Of a stretch of DNA of 64,000 bases, positions 19,214-29,004 are shown in pieces (position 1 is the stretch's first letter; the number at the start of each line of letters is the position of its first letter). The position numbers were made by a program, and so were the translations under genes. The stretch spans positions 64,001-128,000 of the forward strand of contig CAYHBD010000009.1 of assembly GCA_964354805.1 (NCBI GenBank), in the 5' to 3' direction. This DNA comes from an uncultured archaeon. Lineage in GTDB: Archaea; Iainarchaeota; Iainarchaeia; Iainarchaeales; GCA-2688035. Under the pieces are notes generated by a model. That model saw only the letters and a program-made list of their open reading frames with translations, made no database searches and was not told where the DNA came from.

Positions 19214-20023
19214 ATGGGTGAAAAGGAAGAGAAACAAGGGCCGTTGAGTGAGCTGGACCTGTATCTGAAGACAGGCAGCCATATTGGAACGAGATTCAAA
19301 ACTGGCGACATGAGGAGATACATTTTCAAGCAGCGAAAAGACGGCCTCAGGGTTCTTGATGTAAGCACAATCGACAAAAGGATCAAGATTGCTGCAAAAT
19401 TCTTGAGCCAGTTTGAACCGGCAGGAATTACCGCTGTTTCAAGAAAAACATACGGCCAGCAGCCTGCAATCCAGTTTGCTGCCGCAATCGGCGCAAAGGC
19501 AATAACCAGCAGGTTTGTTCCAGGAACATTCACCAACCCGGTGGCAAAAAAATTTATTGAACCGGCAGTATTGATTATCACAGACCCAGAATCAGACGGC
19601 CAGGCAATAATTGAAAGCGTTAAGCTGCGAATCCCGGTTATTGCATTGTGCTCAACAAACAATTACCTCAGCAACATTGATTTGGTAATTCCAATAAACA
19701 ACAAGGGCAGAAAAAGCATTGCCCTTGCATACTTCCTGCTTGCAAGAGAAATTATGAAAGAAAAAGGACTGATTAAAAATGACGCTGAATTCAGCAAAAC
19801 AGCCGAAGACTTTGAATACAAATTAAAAGAAGGCTCGGAAGAAGGAGAGGAAGGAGAAGAAGAAAGATTCACAGAGAGAAGGCCAAGAAAAATGGGGGAA
19901 GAAGAAAGATTCACCGAAAGAAGGCCAAGGGGAATGAAAAGATTCACAAGGGGAAAGGGAAAGCAGGACAGGAGACCAAAAGGCAAAAGAACAGTCAGAA
20001 AAGACAGGCAGAGAAGATATTAA
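19214..20023 (+). CDS. rps2: 30S ribosomal protein uS2 with repeated charged tail
   Basis: GSHIGT, RFVPGTFTNP, ITDPESDGQA, PINNKGRKS; GEEERFTERRPR twice. Confidence 0.97.
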   Translation: MGEKEEKQGPLSELDLYLKTGSHIGTRFKTGDMRRYIFKQRKDGLRVLDVSTIDKRIKIAAKFLSQFEPAGITAVSRKTYGQQPAIQFAAAIGAKAITSRFVPGTFTNPVAKKFIEPAVLIITDPESDGQAIIESVKLRIPVIALCSTNNYLSNIDLVIPINNKGRKSIALAYFLLAREIMKEKGLIKNDAEFSKTAEDFEYKLKEGSEEGEEGEEERFTERRPRKMGEEERFTERRPRGMKRFTRGKGKQDRRPKGKRTVRKDRQRRY

Positions 20024-20066
20024 AACAAAACACCAAAGGATTAAGGCATGAAAAAATTCATGAGAG

Positions 20067-20870
20067 ATGATTGCCCTGAGCATTAGAACTGAAAGCGTTG
20101 CAGGCGCTTTTTACCCGAGCAACAAAAGCATTTTATTAAAGCAATTAAGCGGCTTCTTTAAATCACTGCCAAAGGAAAGCAAATCAAATTGCGTAATTGC
20201 ACCGCACGCAGGCTACGCGTACAGCGGAAAGGCCGCAGCTTATTCTTTTAACGCCTTGAAAGAAAGCAAGTGCTTTGTGATTCTAAGCCCAAACCACAGC
20301 GGCCTTGGCAGCGCAATAAGCGTAAGCGATGCGGACGAATGGCAGACACCGCTGGGCAAAATCCCCGTGGATGGCGCTCTGCGGAAGAAGCTGCTTGGCC
20401 TGCTCGGAATTGAAGCAGACGACCTTGCCCACATCCAAGAGCACAGCATTGAAGTGCAGCTGCCCTTCCTGCAGTTTTTGTTCAAGCACTTCAAAATCCT
20501 GCCGATCACAATAATGAGCCAGGACCTAAATGAACTGATTGAATTAGGCAATGCTTTAACAGGATTGAAAGAGGATTTCAGCATAATTGCCTCAAGCGAT
20601 TTCTCGCACTTCATTCCGGCTGAAACAGCGAAACAGCGGGATACGCAGGCAATTGAAAAAATAAAACAGCTGGATGTTGAAGGATTCCACAAAATGGTGG
20701 TGCAAAGAAACCTGAGCATCTGCGGCCATGCCCCAATTACAGCCCTAATGCAGTACTGTAAACAAAAAGGCTTCAAGCAGGGAAAACTGCTGCGCTACGA
20801 CAGCAGCGCCAGTACAACAGGCGATGAAACGAATGTTGTAGGCTATGCCGCAATAAAGTTCGAAAAATAG
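20067..20870 (+). CDS. MEMO1 family / AmmeMemoRadiSam protein B
   Basis: VAGAFYP, PHAGYAYSG, EHSIEVQLPFLQ, ASSDFSH, SICG, VVGYAAI. Confidence 0.93.
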   Translation: MIALSIRTESVAGAFYPSNKSILLKQLSGFFKSLPKESKSNCVIAPHAGYAYSGKAAAYSFNALKESKCFVILSPNHSGLGSAISVSDADEWQTPLGKIPVDGALRKKLLGLLGIEADDLAHIQEHSIEVQLPFLQFLFKHFKILPITIMSQDLNELIELGNALTGLKEDFSIIASSDFSHFIPAETAKQRDTQAIEKIKQLDVEGFHKMVVQRNLSICGHAPITALMQYCKQKGFKQGKLLRYDSSASTTGDETNVVGYAAIKFEK

Positions 20871-21006
20871 CCCTCTGAACGGCATGGAATTCCACCAAAA
20901 AACAACATACCTGCAAAGGCAAAACATGGGGGGAATGGAAATTTTCCCAAAAAGCCCTTTAAAACGCAATAGAAGCTGGATTCAAAAAAAGGCTGAAAAA
21001 AGAGGA

Positions 21007-21166
21007 AAAAAAGCCTTGCCGAAGGCTCTTTTCCCAAGGGTTTTTTGCGACCTTGCAAACCAAAAGGTTTGCGAGGCCTCGCGAAGCTCTGCTTCGCAAG
21101 GAGCAAAAAAGGCTTTGCCGAAGGCTTTTTCTTTTGGTACAGCTTTTCTTATAAAAGAAAAGGTGT
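21007..21166. repeat. Composite nested palindromic (REP/BIME-like) cluster
   Basis: Minus-strand REP-like copy (21029-21115) with two hairpins nested in its loop; flanking GCC-GAA-GGC mini-hairpins; further hairpin at 21140-21166. Confidence 0.7.
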
Positions 21167-21262
21167 TTTTCTTAATTTTTTAACCGTATAGGGTAAATTT
21201 ATATATATAAAAGGGTAATATATTATATATTCCTGTAAACTTAAAGGGGAAAGGGAACTAAA

Positions 21263-22003
21263 ATGGCACTTTCAGTTAATGATTTGCTGCAGCAGCTCGG
21301 CCTGACCGAGTATGAGAGCAAGGCGCTTAACACTCTTTTAAAGCTTGGCGAATCCGAAGCACCGCAAATCAGCAGAATGAGCCAGGTGCCGAAAACCAGG
21401 GTTTATGATGTTTTAACCAATCTGGTTGAAAAAAACCTTGTAATTGAAATAAGGGGCAGGCCAAAGAAATACAGGGGCATTGAGGCAAACAAAGCGCTTG
21501 ACATACTGGTTGAATTAAAGAAACAGCAGCTGCAGGACTTGCAGGAAAAGGTAGGCGATTTAAAGAACAACCTTGCCGTTTCATTGGGCCCGAAAGAGCA
21601 GACCGGTGAAACAGTAATGCGGGTGAAGGACAAAGCAGACTTTGAGAAAATCCTTGCCCAAGAGATTGCAAAAGCAAAAAACAGCCTTGTCGGCTTTGCT
21701 GAAGCAACAGACAAGCACAAAGTCCTAAGGGAAGCGATTGAAAAAGCAAGGGGCAGAAACGTCTCAGTAAAAATACTGAACGCTTATTCAACAGAATGGC
21801 TGAACAAGGTCGCCCACGAAACAAAACAAATGGACCACGGGCTGAACGCTTTTATCATTGACGGAAAAAAGGTCGTGCTTGCACTAAGCGACTTCAAAAA
21901 AGACAAGCCAGAATACCACTTCACAATATTCAACCAGCACAAGCCAATCGCAAACGTGCTGCAACACTACTTCGACACATGCTGGCAACAGGCAAAAAAA
22001 TAA
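21263..22003 (+). CDS. TrmB-family transcriptional regulator
   Basis: LGLTEYESK, SQVPKTRVYDVL, GRPKKY; C-terminal PLD-like sensor region. Confidence 0.92.
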   Translation: MALSVNDLLQQLGLTEYESKALNTLLKLGESEAPQISRMSQVPKTRVYDVLTNLVEKNLVIEIRGRPKKYRGIEANKALDILVELKKQQLQDLQEKVGDLKNNLAVSLGPKEQTGETVMRVKDKADFEKILAQEIAKAKNSLVGFAEATDKHKVLREAIEKARGRNVSVKILNAYSTEWLNKVAHETKQMDHGLNAFIIDGKKVVLALSDFKKDKPEYHFTIFNQHKPIANVLQHYFDTCWQQAKK

Positions 22004-22013
22004 AGGCGATTGA

Positions 22014-22682
22014 ATGCCAAAAAACCTGGGCAATAAAGCAAAGGCGATAGCAAAGTTTGTAGGAATTGCCACATTAGTTGGGGCAATAGCATGGGAAGGA
22101 TTTCCACCCGCTAATTACAGAAAATCAAATGTTAAGGAACCACCAGCTTTTAAAAAATATATAAACGACATAAACGACGTTGTGGAGAAAATGAAAAAAG
22201 AGGGGCTCCCTGCAATGGATTTGGGGGTTGGACGTGAAACTTTTAAACTACCCCCGGGCTGGGAAATTAGGCCTGGAGAGAGAATTGCACTTTTCACTAA
22301 ACAAACTGACTTTAGTCTGAGCCCAGAAACAGAGAGTCTCTTAAAAAAACACCCAAACATTGCTCCGGACATTTTATATGCTCTTAGGTCTGAAAAACCT
22401 AATGTCAGTGTGTTTTCTGGAATAGACGGATTGTTACAAAAACACCCAAACATTGTTTCAGAAAATACCCTGAGAAAAATCACTGAGCTTAACAATAGAT
22501 ATGACACGCAGATTAAACCACTTATAGAAAAACACCAGAAAATAGTGCAGAGAAGACATCTCGCTAAAAGAGGTCTTTTTGGCGGATTTATCGGTACGGC
22601 TGCTGCAGCCAGTGTGATGCTCGCTGATGCAAGAAGAAGGTTGAAAAAACAAAACCTCTCCGTGAGAAGACAAAGAAAATGA
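22014..22682 (+). CDS. Hypothetical protein with two hydrophobic segments
   Basis: 222-aa ORF, internal KHPNI repeat, basic C-terminus; no family recognised. Confidence 0.65.
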   Translation: MPKNLGNKAKAIAKFVGIATLVGAIAWEGFPPANYRKSNVKEPPAFKKYINDINDVVEKMKKEGLPAMDLGVGRETFKLPPGWEIRPGERIALFTKQTDFSLSPETESLLKKHPNIAPDILYALRSEKPNVSVFSGIDGLLQKHPNIVSENTLRKITELNNRYDTQIKPLIEKHQKIVQRRHLAKRGLFGGFIGTAAAASVMLADARRRLKKQNLSVRRQRK

Positions 22683-22746
22683 TGTATTAATTAAGTGAAG
22701 GCACAATAGTTTGAATTTTAACCCTTTTTCTTATTCTATTATTATT

Positions 22747-24375
22747 ATGTCTATAGAAGAAGACGCTTACAGGTATGCGGTGAAGAACGCGGCATTGCAC
22801 GAGGGCAGGGCAGATGCCGGGGCTGTTGCAGGAAAGCTGAAGGCACTGCACCCGCAGCTTGACATGAGAAAGCTGTTGCAGATTGCTGCTGCGGCAGTTG
22901 AAAAAGTCAATGCAATGCAATTGCCTGCAATCGGCGCAGAATTTGAGCGATTTGAAGAACAGGGATATGAGTTAAAGCCGAAAGAAAAAGAGGATTACCT
23001 GCCGGCGCTTGAATGGGCTGCTGCCGGAAAGGAACCTGTTGTAACGCGCTTTGCCCCAAACCCGAATGCGCCGTTCCATCTGGGAAACGCAAGGGCGGCA
23101 ATAATCAGCAAAGAGTTTGCCTCGCGCTATAAAGGAAAATTCATACTGCGCTTTGACGACACAGACCCCAAAGTGAAAAAGCCTGTTCCTAATGCCCTGC
23201 AATTGTTCAAGGAAGACCTTGAATGGCTTGGGTGCAATATTGATGAAACATACTTTGCATCAGACAGGCTTGAAATCTATTACCAGCACATGAGGGAAAC
23301 ATTGCAGAAAGGGGCAGCATACATTTGCACCTGCCCTGTGTTGGAATGGAGAGAAAAAACAAAGGAAAAAAAGGCTTGCCCATGCAGGGAGCTGGACAAG
23401 AAAGAACAGTTAAAGCGCTTTGAAAAAATGCTTTCGCATGAATTCAAGGAAGGAGAAGCTGTCCTGCGCATTAAAACAGATTTGCAGCACAACGACCCGA
23501 GCATACGCGACTGGTGGGCAGCAAAAATTGTTGACGCGCCGGTGCACCCAAACCCAAAAACAGTGGACAAGCATGTCTGGCCATCTTACAATTTCGCTTC
23601 GGCAGTGGATGACCACCTTCTTGGGGTCACGCTTATTTTAAGGGGCCAAGAGCACGCCCAGAACAAAACAAAACAGGAATTTCTGTACAAATACTTTGGC
23701 TGGCAGTATCCGCACTGCTTTCACTTTGGGAGAGTAGCATTGCAGGGAGTTGTTTTAAGCAAAAGCAAAATGAGGGAAGGAATTGAAAGCGGCAAATATC
23801 TGGGCTGGGATGACCCAAGGCTAGGGACAATAAAGGCATTCAGGAGAAGGGGCTTTAGGCCAGAGGTTTTGAGGGAAGCAATCCTTGACTTGGGAGTTAA
23901 CCCTAATGATGCAACAATCCAGTGGAGCAAGCTTGTTGACCTGAACAGGAAGCTTGTTGAGCCGCTAAGCGAAAGGCTTGCTTTCATTGCAGAGCCAATG
24001 CAGCTGGAAGTGAACTTTGCCCCGAAGGGGATGAGCAGGCTGATTGTTGACAAGCGGCAGTTTGACAAGCTCAAGGAAGGCGATGTTGTAAGGCTGAGGG
24101 AATTGTTCAACATTAGAATTATCAGAAAAGACCCGTTGCAAACATTCTCGGAGTTTGTGGGAGAAGCGAAAATAAACAAGCCGATAATGAGCTGGTTCAG
24201 GCAGGGCATTGATGCGGAAATCTTAATGGATGACGCAAGCAAGCTGCCTGGATTGGCTGATGCAGAGCTTGCGGAAAAAGAAGCAGGCGCACACATGCTA
24301 TTGGACAGCGTTGGCTTCTGCGTTGTTGACAAGGTTGAACAGGGAAAAGCAATGCTGAGGTTCACGCACAAGTAG
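22747..24375 (+). CDS. gltX: Glutamyl-tRNA synthetase (archaeal type)
   Basis: TRFAPNP..HLGNAR, LRFDDTDP, YICTC, WPSYNF, LSKS, GWDDPRLGT. Confidence 0.97.
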   Translation: MSIEEDAYRYAVKNAALHEGRADAGAVAGKLKALHPQLDMRKLLQIAAAAVEKVNAMQLPAIGAEFERFEEQGYELKPKEKEDYLPALEWAAAGKEPVVTRFAPNPNAPFHLGNARAAIISKEFASRYKGKFILRFDDTDPKVKKPVPNALQLFKEDLEWLGCNIDETYFASDRLEIYYQHMRETLQKGAAYICTCPVLEWREKTKEKKACPCRELDKKEQLKRFEKMLSHEFKEGEAVLRIKTDLQHNDPSIRDWWAAKIVDAPVHPNPKTVDKHVWPSYNFASAVDDHLLGVTLILRGQEHAQNKTKQEFLYKYFGWQYPHCFHFGRVALQGVVLSKSKMREGIESGKYLGWDDPRLGTIKAFRRRGFRPEVLREAILDLGVNPNDATIQWSKLVDLNRKLVEPLSERLAFIAEPMQLEVNFAPKGMSRLIVDKRQFDKLKEGDVVRLRELFNIRIIRKDPLQTFSEFVGEAKINKPIMSWFRQGIDAEILMDDASKLPGLADAELAEKEAGAHMLLDSVGFCVVDKVEQGKAMLRFTHK

Positions 24376-24384
24376 GCGAGGTTC

Positions 24385-25038
24385 ATGCCTGAGAAAAAAG
24401 AGAGGTGGGGCGTTTTCATTAATGCCCTGAAAGAAGGGCAATTCAGGGATGCAACCGATGGGTATGCTGGCGATGTTTACAATTACAAAGTAAGCATTGG
24501 AAAATATGACAAACGAATTATGGGAAAAGGCGAGGTGTTTACCTCAAGCCCGCTGATCAGTGAAAGAATTGCCCAAGTGCAAAAGAAACTGAACTTTGAG
24601 GGCAGGCTGCAGACAGGGCATATTTCTTACGGTGTAAAAAAAAGGAAGAAAGAAATCGAGGTCATTGCTTATTACCCTCTTTTGTATTTTACTGCGGGTA
24701 AAACAGCGACTAACACCCTGTCTTTAGGAATATTTGAAATGCTGAAAGGCATTGGTCTTGCTTCAAGAATTGAGCTGAGAACACTAAAAGGCATGCAGAA
24801 ACTATTCCCAGGGTATAGAATTATTTCAGGCACTTTGCCCAAACCCAGTCGTATGAGAAGAGGCCAACTAAAAGCAAGAGGCACAGAGTTGGGGCGGCTT
24901 GTAGAGATTCAGGAAGAAATCCAGAGAATCGCAGACTACGTCGGGCTAAAAGGGATGGAAAAACGGGCTGGGGCAGAAGGCGCAAGGAAACTGCTTGCAG
25001 CAAGGGAAAAGGCCAGGGCAAGAAGAAGGCCAAGATAG
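24385..25038 (+). CDS. Hypothetical protein
   Basis: 217-aa ORF directly after gltX; Arg-rich C-terminus. Confidence 0.65.
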   Translation: MPEKKERWGVFINALKEGQFRDATDGYAGDVYNYKVSIGKYDKRIMGKGEVFTSSPLISERIAQVQKKLNFEGRLQTGHISYGVKKRKKEIEVIAYYPLLYFTAGKTATNTLSLGIFEMLKGIGLASRIELRTLKGMQKLFPGYRIISGTLPKPSRMRRGQLKARGTELGRLVEIQEEIQRIADYVGLKGMEKRAGAEGARKLLAAREKARARRRPR

Positions 25039-25106
25039 CGCTTAATTGCCCCCCGATTACCTTTTTAAACATTCCCCAAGGCAATTATTTTAATTAGTCT
25101 TTTTTC

Positions 25107-25151
25107 TGCCGATGAAGAATGAGGTCCCTGTTTTTTGGGGCTGAGGAGGTG
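25107..25151 (+). promoter_or_regulatory. Putative K-turn (box C/D-like) in rpl7ae 5' leader
   Basis: GATGA/AATGA + stem GGTCCC/GGGGCT + CTGA directly abutting SD GGAGGTG. Confidence 0.65.
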
Positions 25152-25160
25152 TAAGTTGTT

Positions 25161-25526
25161 ATGGCAGGATTGGTTCAGTTTGAGGTTCCGGACAAGCTGC
25201 AAGCGGAGCAGCTTGCTTTGGTTGAAAAGATCAGCAAAAAGGGAAAGCTGAAGATTGGCGTAAACGAGGTAACAAAGGCTGTTGAAAGAGGCACGGCCAA
25301 GCTAGTGCTGATTGCATTAGATGTCAGCCCTGTTGAAATAGTGATGCATCTGCCCTTGATTTGCAAGGAGAAGAGCATTGCATTCAGCTATGCGAAAACA
25401 AAGGAAGAGCTTGGCAAAAAGGCGGGAATTGCTGTCGGCACTGCAACGATTGCAATCGTTGACGAAGGCGATTCAAAGAAAGAGCTGGGTGAAATAACTA
25501 AAAAGCTGGCTGAGCTCAGAAAGTGA
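25161..25526 (+). CDS. rpl7ae: 50S ribosomal protein eL8 (L7Ae)
   Basis: GVNEVTKAVERGTAKLVLIALDVSPVEIVMHLP, ELGKKAGI. Confidence 0.97.
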   Translation: MAGLVQFEVPDKLQAEQLALVEKISKKGKLKIGVNEVTKAVERGTAKLVLIALDVSPVEIVMHLPLICKEKSIAFSYAKTKEELGKKAGIAVGTATIAIVDEGDSKKELGEITKKLAELRK

Positions 25527-25556
25527 ATAACCCGGCTTGAAAGGTGGTGTGTATGA

Positions 25557-25772
25557 ATGGCTGAAGATGAACGCGGAACACCTGCGGAAATCGTCGAGAT
25601 AGTGAAAAGGACAGGCGTGCACGGCGAAGTGATCCAAGTGCTCTGCAAGATTCTCTCAGGAATGGAGGCAGGCAGGGTAAAGCGAAGGAATGTCAAGGGC
25701 AACGTGCAGAAAGGCGACATAATTGTTTTGCTGAACACCGAAAGGGAAGCAAAAGAAATCAAGTCAAGATAA
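25557..25772 (+). CDS. rps28e: 30S ribosomal protein eS28
   Basis: [27 protein letters not shown]. Confidence 0.96.
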   Translation: MAEDERGTPAEIVEIVKRTGVHGEVIQVLCKILSGMEAGRVKRRNVKGNVQKGDIIVLLNTEREAKEIKSR

Positions 25773-25930
25773 AGGTGCAAGCAAAAAAAAGGAAGCAAAA
25801 ATAAAGGGGTAAACAAAAAAAATTTAAACGGGAAGCGAAAAAAAAAGGAAGCCAAACCAAAATAAAGGTGCAGGCAAAAAAAAGGAAAAAAAAGTTGAAA
25901 ATTAAACTTAAGGGAGAAAAGGGGTTTTTT

Positions 25931-26164
25931 ATGGCGAAATGCAGCTTTTGCGGCAACGCAATAAAGCCAGGCACAGGGCTTTTGTTTGTGAAGAAAGAGG
26001 GCACTGCCTTTTTTTTCTGCAGCAGGAAATGCGAGAAAAACATGGTTAAGCTCGGGAGAAGCGGTGCAAAAACAAGGTGGACTGCTGTTTTCCGGGAAGC
26101 GAAAAAAGCGGGAAAGAAAAAAGCAGTGCAGCCTGAAAAGGAAAAGGGAAAAGAAGATAAATGA
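25931..26164 (+). CDS. rpl24e: 50S ribosomal protein eL24
   Basis: CSFCG, PGTG, FCSRKCEKN, WT. Confidence 0.95.
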   Translation: MAKCSFCGNAIKPGTGLLFVKKEGTAFFFCSRKCEKNMVKLGRSGAKTRWTAVFREAKKAGKKKAVQPEKEKGKEDK

Positions 26165-26206
26165 CTGGGGCAGAAAGGAAACGGGAAAATTAATGAGTTG
26201 ATCTGA

Positions 26207-26638
26207 ATGCAGTTGAAGGTTCAGCGCATAGAAGCTGATGCAAAAATGCCTTGCTATGCGCATCCAGGCGACAGCGGAATGGACCTTTTTTCGGTTGAGG
26301 AAATTGTGCTGCAGCCAGGAGAAAGAAAGCTTGCCAGGACAGGAATCAAGATTTCGCTGCCAAAGGGATTTGAAGCCCAGGTCAGGCCAAAAAGCGGGAT
26401 TGCAATAAACAACGGCGTAACAGTGCTCAACACGCCTGGAACAATTGATTCCTGCTACAGGGGCGAAGTGCAGGTAATATTGATTAATTTGGGCAAGGAG
26501 CCATTCAAAATCGAGAAAGGAAAAAAGATTGCCCAATTGGTGATTGCAAAAGTTGAGGAAGCAAAGGCAAAAGAGGTTGATGAACTGGATGAGACAAGCA
26601 GGAGCAATGGCGGCTTCGGTTCAACTGGAACGCATTAA
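26207..26638 (+). CDS. dut: Trimeric dUTPase
   Basis: SGMDL, RPKSG, GTIDSCYRGE, IAQLV, RSNGGFGSTG. Confidence 0.95.
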   Translation: MQLKVQRIEADAKMPCYAHPGDSGMDLFSVEEIVLQPGERKLARTGIKISLPKGFEAQVRPKSGIAINNGVTVLNTPGTIDSCYRGEVQVILINLGKEPFKIEKGKKIAQLVIAKVEEAKAKEVDELDETSRSNGGFGSTGTH

Positions 26639-26717
26639 AGAAAGTGCCACAATTGGAGCAGCCAGGCGCGAGTGCTTTGCTGAAACAAAAACAGATTGCA
26701 TTAAAGAAGGTGTGAGG

Positions 26718-28493
26718 ATGGTTATAAGGCAGCCGATTATCACAGTGCTCGGGCACGTGGACCACGGAAAAACGAAATTGCTTGACGCAATCAGGGGCAC
26801 TGCTGTTGCGGAAAGGGAAGCAGGCGCAATAACCCAGCACATTGGCGCTACTGCAATGCCAATTGAATTGATTAAAAAAATCGCGGGAGAGCTGATCGAG
26901 CAATATGGCTTCAAGGTGAATCTGCCAGGCCTATTGTTCATTGACACACCAGGGCATGCAGCTTTTGCTTCACTGAGGGAGAGAGGGGGCAGCATTGCCG
27001 ACCTGGCTGTCCTGGTTGTTGACCTGACACAGGGATTTCAGCCTCAGACAATTGAGGCAATCAATATTCTGAAAGCATTCAAAACGCCTTTTGTTGTTGC
27101 TGCAAACAAGATTGATTTGCTGCCTGAATGGAGCAGCGTACGCGGAAATTTTTCACTGAATGCAAAGCAGCAGAGCCAGAAAGCGCTTGTTTTGCTTGAT
27201 GAAAAAATTTACGGCTTTGTGGGAAAACTGCACCAGGCAGGCTTCCAAAGCGAGCGGTTTGACAGGTGCGCTGATTTCTCAAAGCAGGTTCCGATTGTTC
27301 CACTGAGCGCAAAAACAGGCGAAGGCCTACCGGAACTGTTGATGCTTTTAACAGGATTAAGCCAGCGCTTCCTTGGAAAGCGCTTGTCGATTGACGAAAA
27401 TGAAGCGGGAAAAGCCACAATTGTTGAAGTGAAAGAGGAAAAAGGCCTTGGCAAAACAGTCGATGTTATTTTGTACAGCGGAATGCTGCGCATTAACGAC
27501 AGGATTGTTTTGGGCGGAAAACAGGGGGTAATTGAAACAAAGGTCAGGGCACTGCTGCTGCCAATGCCACTGCAGGACAGCAACGGGCACGGGGTGGAAA
27601 AATTTTTGAATGTGAAGGAAGTGCATGCAGCCGCAGGAGTGAAGATTGCTGCCCCCTGCCTTGAGGATGCTTTGGCAGGCTCGCCTCTGCTGGTTGCAAA
27701 GGGCACACTGGAAAAAGCTGTTGTTGAAAAAGATGTTGCTGCAGTAAAAAGGGAAACCAGCGCTGTTGGACCAGTGCTCAGGGCTGACACTTTGGGCGGC
27801 CTTGAGGCATTTGCTGTTTTGCTTGAAAAAGAGGCAAAGATGCAGCTGCGAAAAGCTGATGTCGGCGATGTTACGAGAAGGGATGTGATGGACGCGATTG
27901 CGGTGAAAGAAAAGGACTGCTTGAAGGGAATCATTTTTGCATTCAATGTGAAAGTTGAAGAGGCTGCAGAAGAAGAAGCCAAGAAGCACGAGATAAAAAT
28001 TTTCAGGGGAAACGTGATTTACAAATTGATTGAAGACTTCAACCAGTGGGTGCAGCAGAAAGAGGCCGAACGGCAGCAGGCAGCGCTTTCACAGCTTACT
28101 CTGCCTGCAATGATGCGGTTTTTGCCGGGATTTGTTTTCAGGCATAACAAGCCTGCAATAATCGGGGTGAAGGTGCTTGAAGGCAAGCTAAGACCAGGCG
28201 TGAGATTAATGAATGAAAAAGGAATTATTTTTGGCAGGGTTGCAGCAGTCCAGGTGCAGGGCAAAGGCATTGAGCAGGCTGCAAAAGGCCAGGAGGTTGC
28301 TGTTTCAATTGAAAAGGGCGTTGTCGGGAGAAATTTAAAGGAAAACAAGGTGTACTACACTTTCATTCCGCAAAAACAGTTCCCCCAACTGGCAGGGCTT
28401 TGCAATTTTTTCAATTCGGATGAACTGGAATTGATTGAAGAGATTAAAAAACTGGTTGAAAAAGCCAAGGAAGAAGAGGAGGTTGCTGAATGA
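26718..28493 (+). CDS. infB: Translation initiation factor aIF5B
   Basis: IRQPIITVLGHVDHGKT, ITQHIGA, DTPGH, NKID. Confidence 0.97.
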   Translation: MVIRQPIITVLGHVDHGKTKLLDAIRGTAVAEREAGAITQHIGATAMPIELIKKIAGELIEQYGFKVNLPGLLFIDTPGHAAFASLRERGGSIADLAVLVVDLTQGFQPQTIEAINILKAFKTPFVVAANKIDLLPEWSSVRGNFSLNAKQQSQKALVLLDEKIYGFVGKLHQAGFQSERFDRCADFSKQVPIVPLSAKTGEGLPELLMLLTGLSQRFLGKRLSIDENEAGKATIVEVKEEKGLGKTVDVILYSGMLRINDRIVLGGKQGVIETKVRALLLPMPLQDSNGHGVEKFLNVKEVHAAAGVKIAAPCLEDALAGSPLLVAKGTLEKAVVEKDVAAVKRETSAVGPVLRADTLGGLEAFAVLLEKEAKMQLRKADVGDVTRRDVMDAIAVKEKDCLKGIIFAFNVKVEEAAEEEAKKHEIKIFRGNVIYKLIEDFNQWVQQKEAERQQAALSQLTLPAMMRFLPGFVFRHNKPAIIGVKVLEGKLRPGVRLMNEKGIIFGRVAAVQVQGKGIEQAAKGQEVAVSIEKGVVGRNLKENKVYYTFIPQKQFPQLAGLCNFFNSDELELIEEIKKLVEKAKEEEEVAE

Positions 28494-28978
28494 AACTTGT
28501 AATTAGCGAACCGAAAACAGGGAAAGCATTCAACAAAAAAACAGACGCGCCGGTTTTCATAAACAGGCGCATTGGAGAAGAGGTTGACCTGGGCAGCGTT
28601 GGATTGGCAGGCTTCAAGGCGAAAATAACAGGCGGCAGCGACAAACAGGGATTTCCGATGAAGCCGACTGTTGCAGGCCAGGCAAGAAAAAAGGCTCTGC
28701 TCAAAAAAGGCATTGGCTTCAGGCCCCACAGAAAAGGGTTAATCAAGAGAAAAAGCGTCAGGGGAAACACAATCAGCACTGAGACAGCCCAATTGAACCT
28801 TGTTGTAACGCATTACGGCGAAAAGCCATTGAGCGAACTGCTGTCAAGCGGCACAGAGAAAAAAGCAGATGAAAAGGAAACAGCAAAAGAAAGGCTTGTC
28901 AGAGAAAGCCTTGAAAGCGTTGGAAAAACAGAGCTCGCGGAAGACGCAAAAAAAATTAAGGGAAAAGTAAGGGGATAA
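28490..28978 (+). CDS. rps6e: 30S ribosomal protein eS6
   Basis: KITGGSDKQGFPM, RKSVRGNTI, QLNL. Confidence 0.96.
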   Translation: MKLVISEPKTGKAFNKKTDAPVFINRRIGEEVDLGSVGLAGFKAKITGGSDKQGFPMKPTVAGQARKKALLKKGIGFRPHRKGLIKRKSVRGNTISTETAQLNLVVTHYGEKPLSELLSSGTEKKADEKETAKERLVRESLESVGKTELAEDAKKIKGKVRG

Positions 28979-29004
28979 CCGGCAAAAATCTAAATTTTGG
29001 TGCT

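Noticed and set aside
20884-21183. 99-aa ORF between MEMO1 and trmB
   Set aside because: Runs through the palindromic repeat cluster; its ALPKA repeat simply reflects the DNA repeat.
26544-26717. N-terminal extension of aIF5B (similarly SUI1 from 2184, secY from 11132, eL24 from 25868)
   Set aside because: ORF-track over-extension; the conserved N-termini begin at downstream ATGs with SD-like motifs.
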